Of a stretch of DNA of 64,000 nucleotides, positions 1 through 19,005 are shown piece by piece. This DNA is from Azolla caroliniana. Taxonomy: Eukaryota; Plantae; Polypodiophyta. The stretch's first letter is position 1. Every line of letters begins with the position of its first letter. Position numbers and translations under genes: made by a program. The stretch lies in NCBI GenBank assembly GCA_043228905.1, contig JBHGNT010000016.1:3782001-3846000 (forward strand), read 5' to 3'. The notes beneath the pieces were generated by a model. That model was not told the DNA's origin. It saw nothing but the letters and a program-made list of their open reading frames with translations, and did no database searches.

Positions 1-423
1 GATTATTTGTAATGTAAGCATAAGACAAGGAATTAAATGATAGATAATAAAGAGGAAGAGAGAAAGAAGGGTGCTGATCCCAACCACCCTCAAGCAAAGG
101 GATCGAGACGGGCCCGAGCCTTGATCGGCGTCCCATTCTCCTGCCATGGCATCGAGTCGTACTTGGTACTGGTGCACGCTCGCTACAAGAGTCTGTTCAC
201 CACAATGTCAGTCTCGACATAGTCGAATAATGTGTCTAATGAGGGTAGCTAGGCCTTATATATATAGCTGTTCACACATGGCCCTTATTGGTCGTCTCAA
301 TTCCTAGGATTAAAAGTAATCTTCCCTTCTTTACACTCTCGGTTAACCCTCACACTTTATCTTCGTGTGTAGAATACTATGGTACAAACTACCACAGGTT
401 AAATTATGGTTATGCCCATAACA
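1..423 (-). mobile_element. LTR of the same gypsy family as the element at 50115-57127 (diverged copy; 5' LTR or solo LTR, end lies just outside the window)
   Basis: The reverse complement begins TGTTATGGGCAT and aligns along its length with the LTR at 50115 (shared blocks include agtgtgagggttaa, gagtgtaaagaaggg, gattacttttaatcct, ggcctagctaccctcatt). No PPT is adjacent at 424+. Confidence 0.85.
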
Positions 424-1300
424 GTTCAGCCGTATGGTAGCCATTTCTGCCTACACATGAACTCAATTCTGACACTAGGATTGATCTTATAGTTTAGCCA
501 AGTAATTGCCAATCATGGTGGTCCTATAATTTCTCAGCATCATGGTGTCTCCACCCTTGAAGATAGGTTCAATGGTATGTTCTGTCCAGCCAATAGGGAA
601 ACCTTCACATGTAGCTCTATTAAAAAATATGTGCTTTCTAGCAATGAGAGCAAGCTATCACAGCTAGATAAAGTGCTCACCTACCAATCCATCATGATCT
701 TGGGCCTTTTCAAATTATAACCGATCAATGGCGTTTCTTACACTTTGTGGAGTAAAAAAGTTGTATTGGCATGGTCATGAGCCATGTGAGTGGGGGCTGG
801 CGGGGGATACGGTATAGTACCTTTACATATTCATGCTGCACCAGAGGGGAGGTAAGTTGCCTCTCACTAAACATTTTCCATGCTCTCTTACTCTCTTTGT
901 CCTAGGAACAAGCAATATGCATGTGCGTGGAATATTGTTAAATATTATCTCTTCTTATTCCTCACGAGGTGTTGGAAGGTTGATCTTGCTTGTTTGTGTG
1001 TATCATGACATTTTTCATCATACCAACACTTTTTATGACTCGACCAGGTTTTGGTGCATTGCCTATGCTGTAGGAAAGGCATTTGTGGCTGCTTTATGTA
1101 ATGACTTTGACAATCCTTGTGTAACTTCGTATAAGGGTGCAAAAGGATCCAATTCTAGCATGCCATTATGTACTCCACAAATGTGCACATCAACTATCTC
1201 CCGAGTAAATTGGTATTTAGCAAGCCCGCTCTCCTTCTTTAGTGTATACATCCTCTCTATATAAATGGTGCATGTCATTTAGGTTTCATTGCCTAGTTTG
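424..1300 (-). mobile_element. Decayed non-LTR retrotransposon (LINE, RTE-like) linker and start of RT domain, cut by the LTR at 423
   Basis: Minus-strand translation, with stops and frameshifts, gives KAQDHDGLVGEHF...GFP..W..HTIEPIFKG.GD...NYRTTMIGNYLAKL, typical early LINE RT motifs. Confidence 0.7.
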
Positions 1301-1545
1301 ACCTTCATAATTATAACATTGGTTGTGATGCCTCAGAAAACATCGCATTTTTGTTTGGCAAATGTCTAATAGCCATCACTAAGCATGATGTTAAAATGAG
1401 CTTAATCTAAAGATTATTTCTATTTATTTTCAAATGGTAATTCGGCAGAAAATTGGAGTTATTATGTGGTAATTTCCTTTAAATATGTACCTGTTTCTCC
1501 AATCCATTTCCTTCTATAATTATTTATTGTTATCTATTTTCTAAG

Positions 1546-2287
1546 GAGGAACAAACTTCGGGTTACAAGGAACTGGTCAGGGGACGGATACAAAATGAAC
1601 TTGATAATCTTGCTACCACCTGCAGAGATATGGCAACCTTACTTTTTCGTCTAGGAATTCCTGTAGATGGTGGAGATTTCCCTACGAGCCAGCAGGTAAT
1701 TAGTTTCTCGTACGATATTATTCTTGGTTGCCTGCTCTTTTGTCCAATTTTGCCAATGTATGGCCCTGTTTCAATTGTTAGCACTGATGTGCCAGTGTTT
1801 AAACAATGGCTATTTTTTTGTATGAATATGTTTATGCTGGGTCACCTCTTCTGTGTGTACTACCCCTAAGAAATGTTTCAATTTCATGGACATGGTGTGT
1901 TGGGATCTCATTCCGACTGATGTGGCCAGAGTCTCCCTCAAATGTATACATGTTGTCAATACTCTAGCCCCCCTAATGCAGATGTGGTAAAAAACTTTGT
2001 TAGTTAAGAAAATACAAAACCTTTCCCTGTCCCCTGTCAACTAGAATCCAGAAACCTCTTTTTTTGTTAGAATCTTTTATACAATTCTGATATTAGATTT
2101 CCCGTTTCATGTTGCCCACTAATTTGATTAGAAATCACAGGTCAATGCTGCCTATAAGAAAGCTCTTCTTCGGTTTCATCCTGACCGTGTTGCAGCTAGA
2201 GACATTTCACATCAGGTAGAAGCAGAGGAGACTTTCAAATTGGTATCAAAGATGAAGGCCATTCTACCACCTGTTGCCATTAGATGA
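1546..2287 (+). CDS. Last two exons (1546-1695, 2141-2287) of a plant protein with a C-terminal DnaJ-like J domain; 5' part outside the window
   Basis: AG/GT boundaries keep the frame. Translation is EEQTSGYKELVRGRIQNELDNLATTCRDMATLLFRLGIPVDGGDFPTSQQ|VNAAYKKALLRFHPDRVAARDISHQVEAEETFKLVSKMK...*, including the HPD motif. Confidence 0.85.
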
Positions 2288-5200
2288 TATTTGCATATTC
2301 AGGCAGGCCAGTCAATTGTGTGGTGAATAGACCCCTCAATATGCTTTTGCGAGCCAAATCAACGATGTCCATTTGCTTCACTTTCTGGTGAAATCATTTT
2401 GTACATTTTTTTCCAGCGATATAACTGTCAGGGACAATGTAGAGAACTTACATGTATATGGAATATTTTTATATGGCCCTGAGTTCAAAATCTATGCCCT
2501 AATGTGGGTGCACATGATCAAGAGACCCCTCATGTATGTTGGGGCAAAGATCATACGAAAAAGTGATGAACTTCACCACAAAGCATTATCATCATTTCTG
2601 TTATCAGGTTTCTATCAATCATTTTTCAATGAACCTTGTATCTGAAGTTCCATTACAGAAGGAATCCAGTTGAATATTGATGAATGGTATGAAAGAGATG
2701 AGATGAAAAGGGAAGGTAAAAATAGATTTTTGCTTGCCTCTTGAATCTGGCATCCTTGTGTGAAAGCATGTTTTAGTTTCTTGTTACTCTAATCCACTGT
2801 AATTGGTTTTAAGAAGATTGTAATAATCTCATTTTCAACATTCATGAAAGGAGCAAAAGAGAATGGACCAAAGATTAGTAAAGAAAGTGCATAGATTGCA
2901 GCATGCAGACTAATAATGGTACTGTGTATGTGATAAAAAGTATTAGGTTAAGCAGTTAGGGATTTGTATGCATTTCTCTGAGTCTCATGTTTGTTTAAAC
3001 TTCTCATTTTCACCTCCTTTACAACCTTCTTGCCTCTCCCTAAGAGCTGTAGGCCAACCCAAATTAGAGATATTAGTTAAAAGTTGGAGGGGCTCGTCAA
3101 AAGGACAAATGAGGCACCTCATCGTGAATCTAGGGATTGTACCATCTTGGTAAATCCAAATGATGCCACCACCAACCTTCTAGGTAATCAATGGTATAAG
3201 GACAGTAAGGAAATAAGTGATAGCATTGTGTTGTATGAACTTTGAAGGGTAAATGTTAAACAATGAACATTACATCATTTTGCGAATACAAATCAAACTA
3301 GATGCAGCTATAGATGAACTGAAGTACTCACAGCCGAAGAACTGATGTCAATGCTTGCAAGGAATAAATAAAAGATTAGCCGAGGTGGTCATAATCATAG
3401 TGAAGAATGGACTCAATGGCCTTCAATGGAGAAGAGAAACATATAAGAAACAAGGAACCCAGTGATTCCGAAGAAGAAGAAGCAATGGGCATTGCCTGGA
3501 AGCAATACGAAGAGAGAAATTAAATGGTATTTGACAAGGAAGAAAAGAGAAAAGAGTAGTTGAAGAAGATGCAAACATAACTCTGATTGTCAAGATTCCT
3601 AGAGATCATAAGTAAGCAAAAAAGAAATGAGGAGCAAATGGAAAGCTCAAATAGTCACAAAGAAGAAATTATGCGTTCAACTAACATGTTGTAAAATAAT
3701 TTCAAAGGTCACATTTATGGCAACTAAAGAACCATCCGACCCTCCAAGATCCAACAAGATCACACCAAATGAACCAGCAAACTCATCACCTACGAAAAAA
3801 AGGGAAGAAAATGATATCTTAAGTGATGTCACTACAACCATTAAGAGTGCTGTATAATTAAGACATTCACCAATCATCTACTTGTCAAGATGGATAATAG
3901 ACTATGTGAGGACAATGACGGATAGCTTACAACATATATTCAGTGGAATGGGAGAAAACAATGCCATTCATAGCCAAAGAGAGGAGTGGATCACTATTAC
4001 ACTAAGGAGGATGTCTAGTCTTAACAAACATCATATCAACGAAAGCAGTAAGCTACTAGTTACCTCTGAAGAAAAATGTATATGGACTTAGATTGAAGGC
4101 ATGAAAATAAGGATGAGACCCACCCAAAGAAATGAGTGCAGAGAAGGAATCATGCAAAGTCAGAACAATGAAATCCAAGAATTAACCCAAAGAAGAGATA
4201 ATGCATTGCGTCCCGATCCGCCAATAAAGAAATTCCTGATTCAAATCATAAAGATAGTATATTAACCACAAACTAAGAATAACGTCAAAAACATCTGCAA
4301 TGCTTATTATAAAGCATCTACAATACTTCTTTGATCGCATGAAAGATTATGGAGAATGCCAATGAGGGTCAAGGTAGCTTGTTCAAAGACGTGGCAAATG
4401 AAGTTTAGATGAGTAACTTAAGATGGAATCTTCCCTTCATGTAGTGTGTAGAAATCAACATGAGATGTTGACTGAAGAAATTACCACACTACATGCGAAA
4501 ATTATCACAAGAAACTAAGAGCTAGAAGAACATAGCTCTTGGTAAATTTTGTAGATTCAGTAAAAAACCTCTCCCAGAGCCAACATTCGTGTATTACCAT
4601 ATAGGATTAACCCCAAAATACAACTAAATAGCTAGATATCTGGTTCTATGTTCGCATTCTGACTAGACCTCAAAGTCCACATTGACAATGGATGAAAACG
4701 TTGTTGGTTAGTAACAAATAGCACTTTACGTAAATGTAGGATTGAACACCTATAGAAATAAACGGGTCAAGGGCAAATGACAATGCCATTGTTGTGATTA
4801 AGGTACCTTGTAATTAGTTTTGAGATGATAACGCAAGTAGGTACTTTATGTGGCTGCCAAAGCTTTATTAATGTATGTTCCATCTTTGGTGGCAAGCATT
4901 GCGTACTATTTAATAATGTACGCTTAATCGACAAGTTTAAAATCTGTTCCTTCATGTACTTTATTTCATCGTGCGGTGTTTAATTGTGCCTGCTTCCCAC
5001 TACTAATCATAAATAACTGTGTATTCTATTCATATGAAAGTCTGATTCATGTGTGTCTTAATTGCAACCACGCAGCTATCCATTGACAAGAGGCAACCAC
5101 CACTAGCATTAGACTTGCACATGGTGGGAGCCATGAGTGAATACGACCACTCGCCAACACCTTGACCACACACATGCTATGATGGCCAGCACAAAAGAGT

Positions 5201-6670
5201 TGCAAGCCTACAAGGGCAAGCTAACCAAATGAATTCCATCGCTAGTGCATGTAGATAGAAACGAATCTTGCCATGATTCCACAACTTATATCAATGCTAC
5301 AATATTGATATGTCGACAAATCTTAGAGTGTATGAAATTGTTCCAAGCGGATTACAATCCACTAATTATATGTACAATGTCCAACAACAAGCATTTACAA
5401 ACACAAAATAATGATATTTGAACTAACCTTTTAAACAACTATTAAGCATAGGGTTCTTCTCTACCAAACAAAATTAAATGTTGGGGCACACTGAGAGTAA
5501 ATCCACAAGCTTGCAAAGGTACCATTCTAGAGGGTTAGGCAGCACAGCATCTAGTAACAAGTTAAAATATAAGTCTAGTTTAAAGTAGATAGGGATATTT
5601 CATATTGATTGATCATACTTACCACACCATTTACACATATGTATTCAAGATAACTATTCAAATCTTTCCAATTGAAAACGTGCAAATTAATAAAAGCCCA
5701 AACATTGCCATACCTTCGATATTAATGTGCTGGGCATCAAAACTACATTCAATAAAACTTGTAGTTCTAAATAGACATGCATATGATCGTGTGCAAATAA
5801 TTCGATGTAAATACGTTAGCTATATTGGCATGCCTACTATAATGTAATCTCTATTCTATTATATGTATTATGAACCAATCTATATTGAATTATGCAGGAA
5901 AAATACTCATTACACAACATAAAAACTACATAATTTTGGAGATTCAAGGTATACATGCATTACGTTAAAATATAAAAGAGAGTGCACTACACTCAAACAT
6001 CACATTTGCACATTCGGGCTTTTGAGTAGGCTGTCATTTGTTTTGAACCTATTCTATGAGTTTGTGATTTTAATCTATAGAAAGAACTTTGTAACATCTC
6101 TGAACACCATCTGACTTTCCCAGCATTGTCCATCATCTGGAAGCGTTACCTAACTCATATAGTACTCTTTCACTCTCAAGTAAAGTAGGCTTGGCTAGAT
6201 CAATTTAAAGTGATGCTACATTCTACTGTCACTGGAACAGCTCCCAAAACTGCCAATCTTTAACATGCTTAAACACAGATGTTGTACCAGTCACTCACAC
6301 CTGGCACTCAATGTCACCCCAAAAATATAGCCACTCCAACCATACGTCAATTCTGCCAAACATGATTCCTTGATTACTTTCATTACCTTGAATACACGGC
6401 CTTATTACACACTTCAAGGACAAAATTGAAGACATCGCCAAGAACCTGCCCAATGACAAACTTGTCCGAGACCAAATAAAAAAGCTCTTGTTCGTAAACC
6501 TAGATGTGTATTGCAACACATTCCGTATAAAAGCATAATACATTACATACAAACAAGTCGGCAGATTTCAGTTCTTGATACACACCAAATACATATAGCT
6601 CTTGATAGATTTTTGAGTTTTACTAAGACAGTATTGGGGACCTTTGCTTTTTTCAATGTTCAATCTATAT

Positions 6671-6895
6671 TACCATTTTTAAGAACATTTGTTCTCCATA
6701 AAAACACAATCTCCGCAATTCTCCACCTCGATACCTCAAATCTTAAGAAAACTCAAAAACACAATTTCATACCATTTTTAAGAACATTTGTTGTGCACCA
6801 TGGTTGTGCCTCTCTTGCTCTTGCTCCATAAAAACACAATCTCATTCCAATACCTCAATTCTCCACCTCAATACCTCAAATCTTATGAAATCTGA
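6671..6895. repeat. Local tandem duplication (~100-125 bp units)
   Basis: taccatttttaagaacatttgtt...ctccataaaaacacaatctc...ctccacctc.atacctcaaatctta occurs twice. Confidence 0.7.
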
Positions 6896-7271
6896 AACAC
6901 TCGATCTCCACTAAATCTCCTACATGTGCATCCTTCCAGTGCCCTAAACTTACATGTCGATTTGAAATCATATATAAATAAGTCAATCTCAGATTCTCAT
7001 TTTTAATGTGAATTGATCAGTCTTAGGGGGATCACAATCCACTACAAATAGCTTTGGTATTTGAGCTAGTTAAAAACAACAAAAGAAAAAATATACTTCA
7101 AGAGACCTGCAACTGAGCTTCACATATGATTGAATACCAATTTAAGCAAGAAGACAAAGATAATGCAGAATTAAAAAGCAACTTCTCCCCAATCTCAGAA
7201 AAAGCATGCCAATAGCAAATGGGGATGGATGCTCATTTCAGTTGAACACATATGTTGCTAGTGAAACCTCA

Positions 7272-12559
<5,288 letters not shown>

Positions 12560-13267
12560 GGCCGAAGATGAAGCACGGGCACGCAGAAAACAGATCAATC
12601 AAACAGGACGAAGGAGGAGGAGGAGGCGTGAATCGCTGTTGTGAGTTTCAGCGTGGGAAGCGAAAAGGAGGCCAAAAAACGCAGGAAGTGGTCAGCTGCA
12701 GCTCGCGTCGAACGCCATAGCTTTAGCTTTGGGGGCCAGTTAAACAGCACGCTAAACACTCCGAGAATAAATCTCCCCCCTCCCCGCCCCTCTGAAATTG
12801 TTATTACTTTATTTTCTCCAAAACCAATGTGCCTTTACAGCTGCCTGCTCTCTTTCTTCCTTTCTTTCTTTCTTTCTCGTTATGATCTCTCTTCCTTTCA
12901 CATGCCCTTCCGTCATCGTCATTCCACGGGCCTCCGTCCACGTCCACGTGCACGTCTCTCTCTAACCATGAGCCAAAGGGTACCTCTCGTCCATTGTGCT
13001 CTGGTTCATAATATGAACCATACGTGCATTCGCATTCGATGATGAGCCCATCATTCGAGTATGGTAAATACCATACTTTTGTATTCATTATTTAGCATAT
13101 AAGGTAAATTTTATTTTATGGTAAGAAAATTAAGGTACAAAGTGTAATATAAAAAACATAAGAATGTTGCGATAACCTACGCAGCATTCGTGTGAAATAA
13201 TATTGTTTGTCAATGCATTCGAGTATATTACATACTATGCTCTAGTTTCTTCTTCCTTTCTCTAATT

Positions 13268-13560
13268 GTCTAGGTCTCAATATTCAAACATGGAACCCCC
13301 CCTCCGGATACCCCTGCATTTGTTTTGCCTTGCTTATCCAAATCCTAAACCCTGTGATTCATTTACTTTTGTTTATTTCCTCGCATGCCCTTTGGCCCCT
13401 ACCTCAGCGCACTCTCGTCGCCTGTGCTCTCATTTCTTCTTCCTTTCTCTGACTCGCTAGGTCTCAATATGCAAACACGAAGGCCCCCCGTCAGATACCC
13501 CTGCATTTTTGTTTTGCCTTATTTCTCCAAATACTAAACCCTACAAAATTTTATTTAATC
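13268..13560. repeat. Direct repeat with ~190-bp spacing upstream of CK2
   Basis: ctaggtctcaatat.caaaca...gatacccctgcatttt.gttttgcctt...ccaaat.ctaaaccct is present at ~13270 and ~13457. Confidence 0.7.
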
Positions 13561-14369
13561 TTATGTAATTTCCTCACATGCAATGATATCCCCGTTGTTT
13601 CCTACATGGTCACTCATCCCCCCCCCCCCCCCCCCCCCCCCTCCATTTCTCTCTTTCAAAAGGTACATTGTTGTCATGCTCGTGAGAAAACAAAAAATAA
13701 CACCGACTTCCTAAAATTAGACCTCCATGACGCCCCCTCCATTTCCTCCCAATCATTAAATATAAATGAGGTTCAACCCCCTCCCCTCATTGCCCATGAC
13801 TTTATTCGTGGGTTTCACACTTAGGGGGCGATGTACAATGGCTTCAGAGCCTTCACACACACGTATGATTGACCTTGTTGGCAATATAACACGGTACTTG
13901 CATCAATCTCTCTTGTTGAAAAGTTTTCTACTTCCAAAAATAAAACAGCTCCCCAAATAGTTGTTTATTCATCAACATGTTGCCACTTGATTGGAAACAA
14001 CAAAATATATGGAATATTTGTTTTACATGTAAAACTAGAGTGCATCATAGCTCATGTTGCAATGTATGCGACAAAACTTAGAACATATCACATGTCAAGT
14101 TTGTTTCTTGTGTTATTCTAAAGTGCAACGTGGTTCATTTGTGACGTATATATCAAAACTTGGAGCAAGGTGCAATAATGATTAGATGAGGATGAGACGC
14201 TCTAGGAATGAAAAGTTGCATTTCTTGAGTTCAAAGAATATTGTGACCAAAACAAATCGAACAATGGTGAAAGGCTTTTTCATAACCAATATTGTCGATG
14301 TCATTATATCTAAATTTGTGAAGTTATGCCCGCCATAGCATCTCACACTCAAAAAATACTTGATGCCCA

Positions 14370-17020
14370 AAAAGTTGAGTCCATGCTTAATCGCCTTGAT
14401 ATTGGGTCATCTTACAAATTTAGCGAGAGAGCCTTTTAACTTGACATGCTTGATCAAGGGGTCGAGACGCACCCAATTGACGATCTAACCGAAGAATCAA
14501 TTAGGCTAATAGCCGAGTCGGCCGAAGCTTACTTGAGCCTATAATTGTAAATAGCTTCATTGTGCCCTTAATGGGCTATAACTATAAATAGGCCAACTCG
14601 TATATGTGAGTATAAACATACGTAGGGTAAGTAGTTAGAAGCAAAGTTTATCATTGTTGTAAAGTTATAGTTGGTAGTTGCATATGTAATTAAGTGAGGG
14701 TAAGAGAGTGAGAGTGAGTAACTTCTCCGTAGCCATCTACTTAGACGAAGAAGAACTCAAGGTTGGTCCAAGACAAAATAGGTTAGAATAAAAGGCCTAA
14801 AGTAGCTTGGGCAATATTGATTGCTCCAAGAAAATATGGTGGGTTGGGGTTGGTGGGTCCGGAATCGCAACGTAAGGCCTTGCTCTCTAAATTTGTGTGT
14901 AGAGCTATGTTGCCAATGCAAGGTATTTGGAGTCAGCTAATGATGCATAGGTTGTCTACTATATGTCCGACAATAGGCGGAGTTTGGCAACCCTCGTTAA
15001 GGTGGGCATTTCTTTAAAACATCCTCACCAGAAGATAGATTTTTTAATGGAATTCTCACAAGTTGGGTTGCTGTTAATAAATTTTTGGTCTGAAAAATGC
15101 CTTTGACAATGGATGATTTGTTGAGACAGCCTTTGACCTGGAATTTTCTCTTCTCTGATGCGAGAGGTTTTTTGCTTGGTAGCCGCCCCGAGCTAAATTG
15201 GGCTACTTTGGATGCATTAGTTGCATGTAATGTTCTTTCATGGGGATGCCATGTTATGAATCGTCCCTTACAATCTTTATCAATGCATTCAGTTCGAGGA
15301 GGCGTCGTTTTGAGTAATGATATGCAAATGGCATTGGGACAATTTATGACTTCATGGTCTCCCTTAAGTAATCATATGTGGTTTGGTTATTTTTCTCCTT
15401 TAAAAGTTATTTTAGGAGCTAAAGTAACTAATGCTACGGGTGATGCTATGTATTTTAATGTTGATGATGAGGGTAGGTTGTTGCATGTATACTCTGCATC
15501 AGATGTGTGGATGTCCACAAACACTTTGGCCATTCGAGTAGTCGCAAGATCGGGGGGAAAATGGTCTTTGGATCCACCCTTTCAAGAATGCTTGTTGTAT
15601 TGCTCATTATGGGTTTAAAAAAAAAAAACCTCTTCAAATTTTAGATTGGGATCCGACTGATTATCAATGGAAAAAGCCTAGTTATGGTGGAAATGGTAAA
15701 CATTTGGAGTTTTTCCGATATTTAGTTAAGCTAGGTAGAAATTTATTGTTGCAATCAAAGTATAAATGTCTTGCTGCCATGAAGCACTAGTCTGAGAATA
15801 ATGTGCAGGAATTACAACTTGCAAAATTTTGGAAATGGTTGTGGAGCATGCAATTGCCAAAAAAAGTCATTTGGTTTCAATGGCTACTAATTCATTATGC
15901 TCTTCCTGATGGTGATTGGTTGAGACAACATCAACAATAGGCTTGTGGATTGCATTGTGGCACACCTACTGAATCAATTTTGCATGTGTTTTGGTTATGT
16001 CCTAACATCAAGAAATTTTGGAGTAAGTTGTTTTTATTGTTGAGACAACACTACTCTCGATCAATATTCTCTTAGGGTGCACAATATTGTGGGGTGTCCT
16101 TCATGGAGAGGTTATGAGGTATGAAAGTATGCATGCTTCTCATGTTTTTCATTTTTCTTATGGACACCTCTCTCTCACCTCGTTTCCTTCTTCTATTTCA
16201 CGGTTCAGAATTAAAAAACTGGTCATTTGGTGTACAATTATGTCATTGGCTCTTTGGATAATATGGAAAGCGAGATATGATTATGTTTTTAACAATGCCC
16301 ATATACAGCTCAACACTATGCTTATTGAATTTTGGATGTTGTTTGTTCACACACTTCATGTGCAATATGATGATTTGCAGGGTTCAGATGATGTTTTGTG
16401 GCAACGACAAGTGGCCTTTAAGAACCGATGGCAAGGACTCCAATTATTTTCAGAGACAACTACTGGTCCAAAGTGGAATTATGTCATACCTTCGTTTATG
16501 TTGGATAGTGGATAGTAAGTATTGTTCTACTTGTTCATATATGACATCATCTGTATCATCAGATGTACTAGCTTTTGTACCTTACAGAAAGAAGCGAGAT
16601 GAAATGTCTCCTTCTGTTTTTCCTATGTAGACTTTTAAAGTAATATACTAAGGTGTATCTTCCTTTAAAATAAAAAAAACTCAAGGTTGGTGCCTTGCAA
16701 GTTCTTATTGTATTCCTCTTACTAATAGTGACATAGTTCGAAGTCTATGGGCTCCCATGGTTTTTCTCATTTTGGGTTTTCCACATAAATATCTTGTGTA
16801 TTTGTACTTTTGTTTTTTGTTGTACGTGCATTGTCGACCTTGATCTTTGCACCCGCATACACACACAAGTGTTAACCGATTGTGGTCGATAATATCCTCA
16901 ACAAACTGGTATCAGAGAGAGGTTCGAACATTTTAGTGGAATGTTCAAGCTAACTGACTCCAACTACTCTGCGTGGAAGTCGAAGATGCAGGACATGTTG
17001 GTGTGCAAAGACTCGTGGTC
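14370..17020 (+). mobile_element. Ty1/copia remnant: LTR (left edge uncertain, ends ...TCAACA at 16903), tRNA-iMet PBS at 16907-16917 and the first gag codons; LTR interrupted by a LINE
   Basis: TATA-like ctataaatagg at ~14582; PBS TGGTATCAGAG; then GMFKLTDSNYSAWKSKMQDMLVCKDSW, a copia gag N-terminal pattern. Homology is lost afterwards. Confidence 0.75.
14768..16677 (+). mobile_element. 5'-truncated, decayed L1-type LINE (ORF2 C-terminal region with zf-RVT) with A-rich tail
   Basis: PRKYGGLGL motif and zf-RVT-like WKWLW...LPKKV..FQWL...C..HC...ESILHVFWLCP with stops. A-rich 3' end. Flanked by the 14-bp TSD aactcaaggttggt at 14754-14767 and 16678-16691. Confidence 0.9.
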
Positions 17021-18049
17021 TTATCCGTGTAATGGAGGTCATTCCATGATTAACCTATTGCTAGGGCATGATGAGTTTGTTTATCAATGCTAAATCAATC
17101 CTTTTTTTTAGACATGGAAATGACCGTGCATATTGACGACATAATAAACTAATTGCTCAATCTCCCCATGCATGGCACAAATAAACATGAGCCACAAGAG
17201 CACAAGATCATGATGGAGTAATACTTTTTAAGACACGTGGCAATCAAGACTCGCTTTTTTGAGATGTTGTCTAATATTTGGTAGATATCAACCTCCTCCA
17301 TTACAAGCTTTTCTACTCTACATTCCTCACATATGAGATAATATCAAATTATTTTCCATCCTTGCACTCACCATTAGAATTCTCTCTCCTACCATCTTGT
17401 TTGTGCCCTTTCTTATCCCAACATCGGTCAAATCCACAATGACAACCTACCTTCGTTATCAATATGATTACCCTAACCTTTATGTTGTTTTATATATAAA
17501 TAAGGTATAAGGTTCAATACTAATATTGCACATTTATTTATATTTACTTGAAAAACTACATGAATAAGAAATGCTCCAATGTGCATGATTTAGAAGCAAC
17601 ACACAATGCTTGGCAATGATAACACAACCTTCAATCTAGTGACTCATTTGAAGTACCAATTGAATCGAAACGTTAGGAACTTCGATTTCATGTGGGAGCA
17701 CAAAACCTTGTTTGCTAATAGTTATTCTCTCGTTGTTGCACTGAGGATTCCCAATTCTTTTGTCGTGCTCTATCTTGTGCATAGAAGACGTTGATTATTC
17801 AATTCTCTTAGGGGACGAGGCCAACAAATGTCTCACGTGCGCATCACCACCAACGTTTCAACCTCCGCTCCATGACCTTTTTTGAGTGGTGGTTGAAGCA
17901 TGCCACCTCCTTTTGATAACAAATTCCTTTATTGTAGATCCTCTCCATGATAGTTTGCCCTCTATAATTGATATGAATCCGTTTAGGATGCTTCATTTGA
18001 TCATCCTAAACGTAGTATGCTCCCCATCTAGTGCATTGACCATAACTTT

Positions 18050-18600
18050 TAGAGCATCTCTTCACAGTTAAGTGTCATGCTTACCTCTATGCATGAGACC
18101 ACAACATTTGCTACTCTCATGCTTAATATCACACACAAGCTTTTCTGCGAGGTTGACAACATGCATAACTGCCTAGTAATTATGTATCATGCATTTATGT
18201 GGGTAGCGACCAAATAAGAAACCTCATGCAACCTTTTTTTTCCATAAAAAATATCCTCCATTGGTATTAAAATAATCCACCATTACAATGGATATTGCAT
18301 TTGAATGTGGTTGCATCAAGTTTTAGATCTGATTTCAACATACATTTGAAACATTGGATAGCCATATATCCATCATGGTTTATTCCAAACCCTTTTCTCA
18401 TTGCACTCCAAGATGCAATGTCCCTTGCAGATAGAGCATTGAAAATATTTTGTGCTTCTTTGACGCTACCACATTTGCCATATGTATCTACAAGTGTATA
18501 AATGCTACTACATGCTTTTAAGACAACAACATATATGCCACAGTCCACAAATGTATTTTCTAAATACATTTTTCTATACAATTTCCTACATGTGAGCTAT
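18050..18600 (-). pseudogene. Degraded PLS-class PPR gene fragment
   Basis: TLVDTYGKCGSVKEAQNIFNALSARDIASWSAMRKGFG...DATTF is a recognisable PPR motif, but short and disrupted. Confidence 0.75.
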
Positions 18601-18709
18601 ATCCACAATCTAAGAGTCCAATAATTTGTGCATTTCATGAGATGCCATGATGTTTAGACTTATAAAAAACCATACATGCATCTAGAATATACTCACGTTT
18701 GCCAGACAT

Positions 18710-19005
18710 GTACAAGGTAGAACTTGTTTAATGTGACGCTCTTCTCATACGCACATATTCTTCATCTTTATCAAGTATTGACAAACTACCGCTAAAAAGT
18801 AGACATTTCGTGTGATATAAAGTTCAATCATCAAGATCCTCGGTATAAGGTAGAATTTTGTATAAGGTAGAACTTGTTTAATGTGACACTCTTCTCATGT
18901 GCAATGTGCACACATATTCTTCATCTATAATATCTATCAAGTATTGACAAGCTACTGCTAAAAAGTAGACATTCCGTGTGAGGTAAAGTCTGATCATTAA
19001 GATCT
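18710..19005. repeat. ~150-bp tandem duplication upstream of RPN1
   Basis: aaggtagaacttgtttaatgtgac.ctcttctcat...tatcaagtattgacaa.ctac.gctaaaaagtagacatt occurs twice. Confidence 0.8.
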
